DNA of 40,148 nucleotides from Perkinsus olseni (Eukaryota): NCBI GenBank assembly GCA_013115125.1, contig JABANN010000315.1, positions 1 to 40,148 of the forward strand, read 5' to 3'. Shown piece by piece: positions 36,133 to 40,148 of this stretch (position 1 is its first letter; each line of letters starts with the position of its first letter). The notes under the pieces were generated by a model. It saw only the letters and a program-made list of their open reading frames with translations, ran no database searches and was not told where the DNA came from. The position numbers and the translations under genes were made by a program.

Positions 36133-36532
36133 GTATGCTGTAGGTGGCACCTACCAGGTGCCAGTACCGGGCGGAGAGGATATAGCCGCGCCGCGACGGA
36201 CAACAGTGAGCCTGAACTGGGCGAGCGAGGTGACGGTTCATATCTCGAAGGCAGCGGACGTCTCGTCTCGGGAGGCGAACAATTATGTGTCAATGCGGCG
36301 CAGCCTACGCCTGATGCGTGTAGCTGAACGGCGGACGGGGAGTCCCTTGGGGAGCCGTGACGGAAGTTAGTTGGGAAACCGAAGAGGCCAGGGGGATCGC
36401 GCAGGACCACAGAAAGTTATCTAATCGAGCAAGAGCTGAATGCGACTTAACTGCAGCGAAGTCTCCTTCATTCATACTCCTTCAAGGGTCCAACCTCAGG
36501 AGGACTCTCCCTTGAAGTACACGCGCGTTACT

Positions 36533-37099
36533 TCACTTATCGAACGCAAGCATTGGAGCGAGAGCCGCTAGCCGTCGCGCTCTCAGACATTTCGAGCCTT
36601 CATTAATAGGTGCTGCATACATCCTTTCCCCCGCATTTCCCCGCCTCTGTCTCATGGTCGCCTCCGCCCACAGTATCATCTTCTTGGTGTCGGTCCTGGC
36701 CACGGCGAATTCCTTGCGGGCTGCTGCCAGGCCGGAGGTAAACAACGTGGTGTAGCCTCATTAGCCGTTCTCTGATAAGCAATGAGCAATGCTTATCAGG
36801 TGCAGAATCCGGAAGCGTCGAAGTTCGACACGCTGAGCGCGGAAATGTCTGCCTTAGCCTTGGAAGTGCGCACAATGAAGGATCAAATATCGAGGTTGTC
36901 GCTCCTCACCTACGAGGTAGCCCACTGGGATATCGCCTACACGCGAATGAGCCTGTTCTAGGTAACGGTTAGCACTCCAAGCTGCGTTGTTGATGATCTG
37001 AACGGTGAGATGGTTGTGCACTTCGATGAATATTATGTTTGGTGGAAATCTGCAGAGTTGCCGCATCATTCCGTCACCACCTGGTGAAAAATTGGTCAT
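36533..37099 (-). CDS. Hypothetical multi-exon protein (approximate)
   Basis: Exon frames VHNHLTVQIINNAAWSANRYLEQAHSRVGDIPVGYLV|GTGAGG and GYTTLFTSGLAAARKEFAVARTDTKKMILWAE. Confidence 0.35.
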
Positions 37100-37147
37100 C
37101 AACCTACTCTTGGCGAGTTCTGTATCAATCTCAGGATAAGAAATAAT

Positions 37148-37477
37148 ATGATGGGACTGGAATTTAAGAACGGCGAAGAAGTGCCTGTAAAATTCGAAGG
37201 GCCGCTGGAGGAAATGAAGCAAGTCTTAGCGCCAATCAACCCTTTCGGCCATCTGTTCGGTATGATCAAGCACGGCACGAGTGGAGCTCTCAGAAAGGGT
37301 ATGGGGGAATATGAAGCGCAGAATCTCTGCGGGAAATTGGTCAAGAGGATCAAAGACACCCCTCCCGGTGAATACAGGGGTGTGAGGAACTGGATCGGAA
37401 AATTCCTTGCTGACAAAGCGGAACAAGTTCTGAAGCTAGCCCACGAGCATCCAGAATATACGAAGAAGGTTCGTTAG
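37148..37477 (+). CDS. Intronless 109-aa hypothetical protein, paralogue of 29834..30127
   Basis: Clean ATG..TAG ORF with AT-rich leader; motif similarity to the 29834 ORF. Confidence 0.75.
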   Translation: MMGLEFKNGEEVPVKFEGPLEEMKQVLAPINPFGHLFGMIKHGTSGALRKGMGEYEAQNLCGKLVKRIKDTPPGEYRGVRNWIGKFLADKAEQVLKLAHEHPEYTKKVR

Positions 37478-39010
37478 AGTGTCCTCGGCATGCTCATCTT
37501 GATGTTGATGTTCACTGGAGAGGGCTTTGTTCTGTGAGTCGCGCAAGGGGCCAGTGCAGAGGCAGGTGCAGGGCATCCGTCGACTTATATCATCCCAGGT
37601 CATGCCCAGGCTCAGGCGCTCATGTCGAATAGTCACGAATATCACTATGTCGAGTAGTCATGCCCGGCACGTGCTACGCGAGATAGGTTCAGTACCATCA
37701 TCACGACACGAGCCGCGAGGTGGAGACCACAAGAGTTTGTGGACTCTCTCATGGCTATCGTGACCGTACCCTTAACACGCTGAAGTGAGAAACCAGCCTC
37801 AAGGTCAAACGTAGACCGTGTTTCGTATGCTCGACAAGGACCCTCTCCGTCACCCCTGACGCAACTCCTACTCGCAACATTTCTGAATTACTGGGACTCT
37901 GCAGGACGGCAGTCGTCCCGTTACGGGTCTCCCTGTCACACCCGGTAACATGCGAAGAGTTATGTACCTCCGTGAAACTGGTTCGACTGACCTGGCTTGG
38001 CGAACCCGTGGTTGACACAGTTCCCGGTGGAGTACTTCACGGTTCCGGACTAACATCGAATGGTGGCCATTCAGCGTTGTGATTCAACTTGTAGATAGTC
38101 TGCCAAGACCGGTCATAACCTCATCAATCCACTCACGAGTTGGGATGTGATTCTCATACTTGTCGCTGCACTGTGCTCGACACTGCTAATCGTCTGAACT
38201 CGCAGTGACAGAACGGATTAGAGACACCACGAGACCGCATGCTGAGAATCCATATATCCCTGAAACTTTCAGGCTGGAGGTTTCTCGGGATCTCTGACGC
38301 GAACAATGAAAGCAACACGGCAGTCAGCTGACGTCGGAGATGACGCCATTAGCGTTTCGCCGAACATCTGCTACTCTCCTTGTTTGCCGTACGAGGTACC
38401 TTGACCCGAGATCACAGGGCACGCCACTGTTGAAGGGACTTCAGCACAACCGGAGGACCTCGGGTAGGAAGCTTTCCGCGTCAAATTCGCCATGTCGCCT
38501 GTGCTGCGGTGAGGACTCGGATCCGATATATGGCACACGAGGGACGTCTGTTCCACTGAGTCCTCAACATTAAACTCACCAAAACTTGGCCGAATTCCGC
38601 TGACATTAGCGAGCTAACATTCCTCACCTTTCAATGTGAAGAGTCTCTGTTACTGTATCATATCTCATTCGATGCAGCACAGAACAGTGGGGTCTGACGT
38701 CCGACCGAACCAAGTGCAGAATCGTGCCTTCACGTCAACGCCTGAGCACCATCGACCTGCCTGCTCGCTCTTTGCGAAGATTAACAGAAAAAACGCGGGG
38801 ATAACGAACTTGTACTCAGGGCATCGACACTGACGAAACAACGACCGATGGAAGTTCTCGGCACTAAATTCGTCGTAGATGAAGTTTTACCGCTCAGAAT
38901 TGATTCCTACGGCTGATGGGCCTCCAAAAATGGCCGTACTAGTGCCCATTGACTAACAATAACCTTAGAAGCATCCAAACAATCTTCGGTATAAGGCGGA
39001 ACGATGCCTC

Positions 39011-39889
39011 TTACTCCTTAGCCACGCGATCGATGCTGGCTAGGCTAGTCTTTTCGAGCTGATCAAACTTCGGCATTGCATCGCGGACGCACTTCGCGGC
39101 ACAGCGGTCGAACTCTGCCTCAATAGCCTTACGTGTGTCTGGGTTAGCCATCAACTGAAGAGAGGAGGCAAATTGTACGCAGGACATCACCGCTAGAATG
39201 GGCCGCTCGAACGAAGGAAGAAATGACATTGCGAGCTATTCAAGAAAAATGAGAGACCCATCGGACTCAGCGCGCGACCATGCGAGTTGGAGAAGAAGTT
39301 CTAACTAGAATGAGACATGCAACCAGAACTTTGCAGAGAACACTTCCACATCCTGCAACTGGCGGAAATCCGGAAGAACGCCCACTCTTCGCTTCCGCAT
39401 GCTAGGTGTACAGCCTTCAAGGCCGAAAGGTCCTCGTAAAATGACAGATCCTCATGTATTGATACGTAATTCGGCGCGAGACGGACACGATTGAGACCCG
39501 CAATTCACCTCAGAATTGCTGCCGCTAGCTGGCATGCAGGCGTTGACACATGACTGTATCATGTTGCTGACAGCCTGAGAGTCGTGTTGAAGTTCCTGTT
39601 GCAACCTGATCATCGCAATGACGACAATAATATCATCCATAGAGGTTACTTCATCGCAGGCTGAGCGGCGTCTTGTTGGCATCGTTCGACGGCCTTGTAG
39701 TCGTCACCGTTAGTGTCGAAACCTGAATGCTTGAGCATGTGCAATTGGCTGGAGTTTTGTTGTATTACATTTAACGGTTTGTGCGGCTACTTTACGACCA
39801 ACCTTAAGAAGGCGGGTTTGGATGAGATCAGTCATCTTCTCGACTTTGGCGTTCAGCTCGCTTTGGGCGTTGCGGAACTCGTCGCTCAT
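39011..39889 (-). CDS. FAM136A/DUF842-like CX3C helical protein, 4 exons
   Basis: Spliced MSDEFRNAQSELNAKVEKMTDLIQTRLLKVGRKVAAQTVKC|FDTNGDDYKAVERCQQDAAQPAMK|LQQELQHDSQAVSNMIQSCVNACMP...|AIEAEFDRCAAKCVRDAMPKFDQLEK. Size and Cys spacing fit DUF842. Confidence 0.75.
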
Positions 39890-40148
39890 GGTTGTAAGTA
39901 AAGTAAAACACAAAAAAGATGACTGAAGGCGCGACTAAGGTGGCGGTAACCTTGTTTTTGCGCCTTCCGCCTTCTGTGTGTCACACCCTCAACGCCAACA
40001 CGGTAGGGCCTCTTTCGCGCCGATAGCTTCCGTCCAACCTCTCCGCTAACCAGGAAGATCCTTCATCGTATCACGTGTGAGAACTGAGTCATCGCGCTTG
40101 CTCTCTTGCTCTCTTGCAGTGATCTCACTGTTCTCAGTATCACTCAAT

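Noticed and set aside
37600-38900. Several 60-90 aa ORFs on both strands
   Set aside because: Could not join them into a consistent spliced model or recognise a domain; left unannotated.
1-40148. Most entries of the supplied ORF track as standalone genes; prokaryotic operon, defence or CRISPR interpretation
   Set aside because: The DNA is intron-rich and eukaryotic. Most ORFs are exon-plus-intron read-throughs or antisense shadows, and no repeat-spacer array, transposase or reverse transcriptase motif was seen.

Overview
Gene-dense eukaryotic genomic DNA with many short (about 40-60 nt) GT-AG introns, a few 350-500 nt introns and very short intergenic gaps. The style suggests a Perkinsus-like alveolate; this is an inference. 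I spliced the genes by eye. Recognisable genes are a poly(ADP-ribose) glycohydrolase (minus, 12241-15966), a tandem CCCH zinc-finger protein, a 15-exon SLC38/AAAP amino-acid transporter (minus, 18106-21001), a multi-pass membrane protein with a TB2/DP1/HVA22-like segment, a formin (FH1+FH2) and a FAM136A/DUF842-like protein. About ten further genes are hypothetical. Three unexplained signals stand out. (1) Five tRNA T-arm/B-box motifs sit in five different introns of the amino-acid transporter, and two of those introns look like tRNA 3' halves. (2) A 42-nt intron is embedded in a near-perfect 33-bp palindrome covering both splice sites. (3) Two intronless small paralogous ORFs share a conserved, in-frame element just after their stop codons. 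No complete tRNA, rRNA, CRISPR array or transposase was seen. Boundaries of hypothetical genes are approximate.
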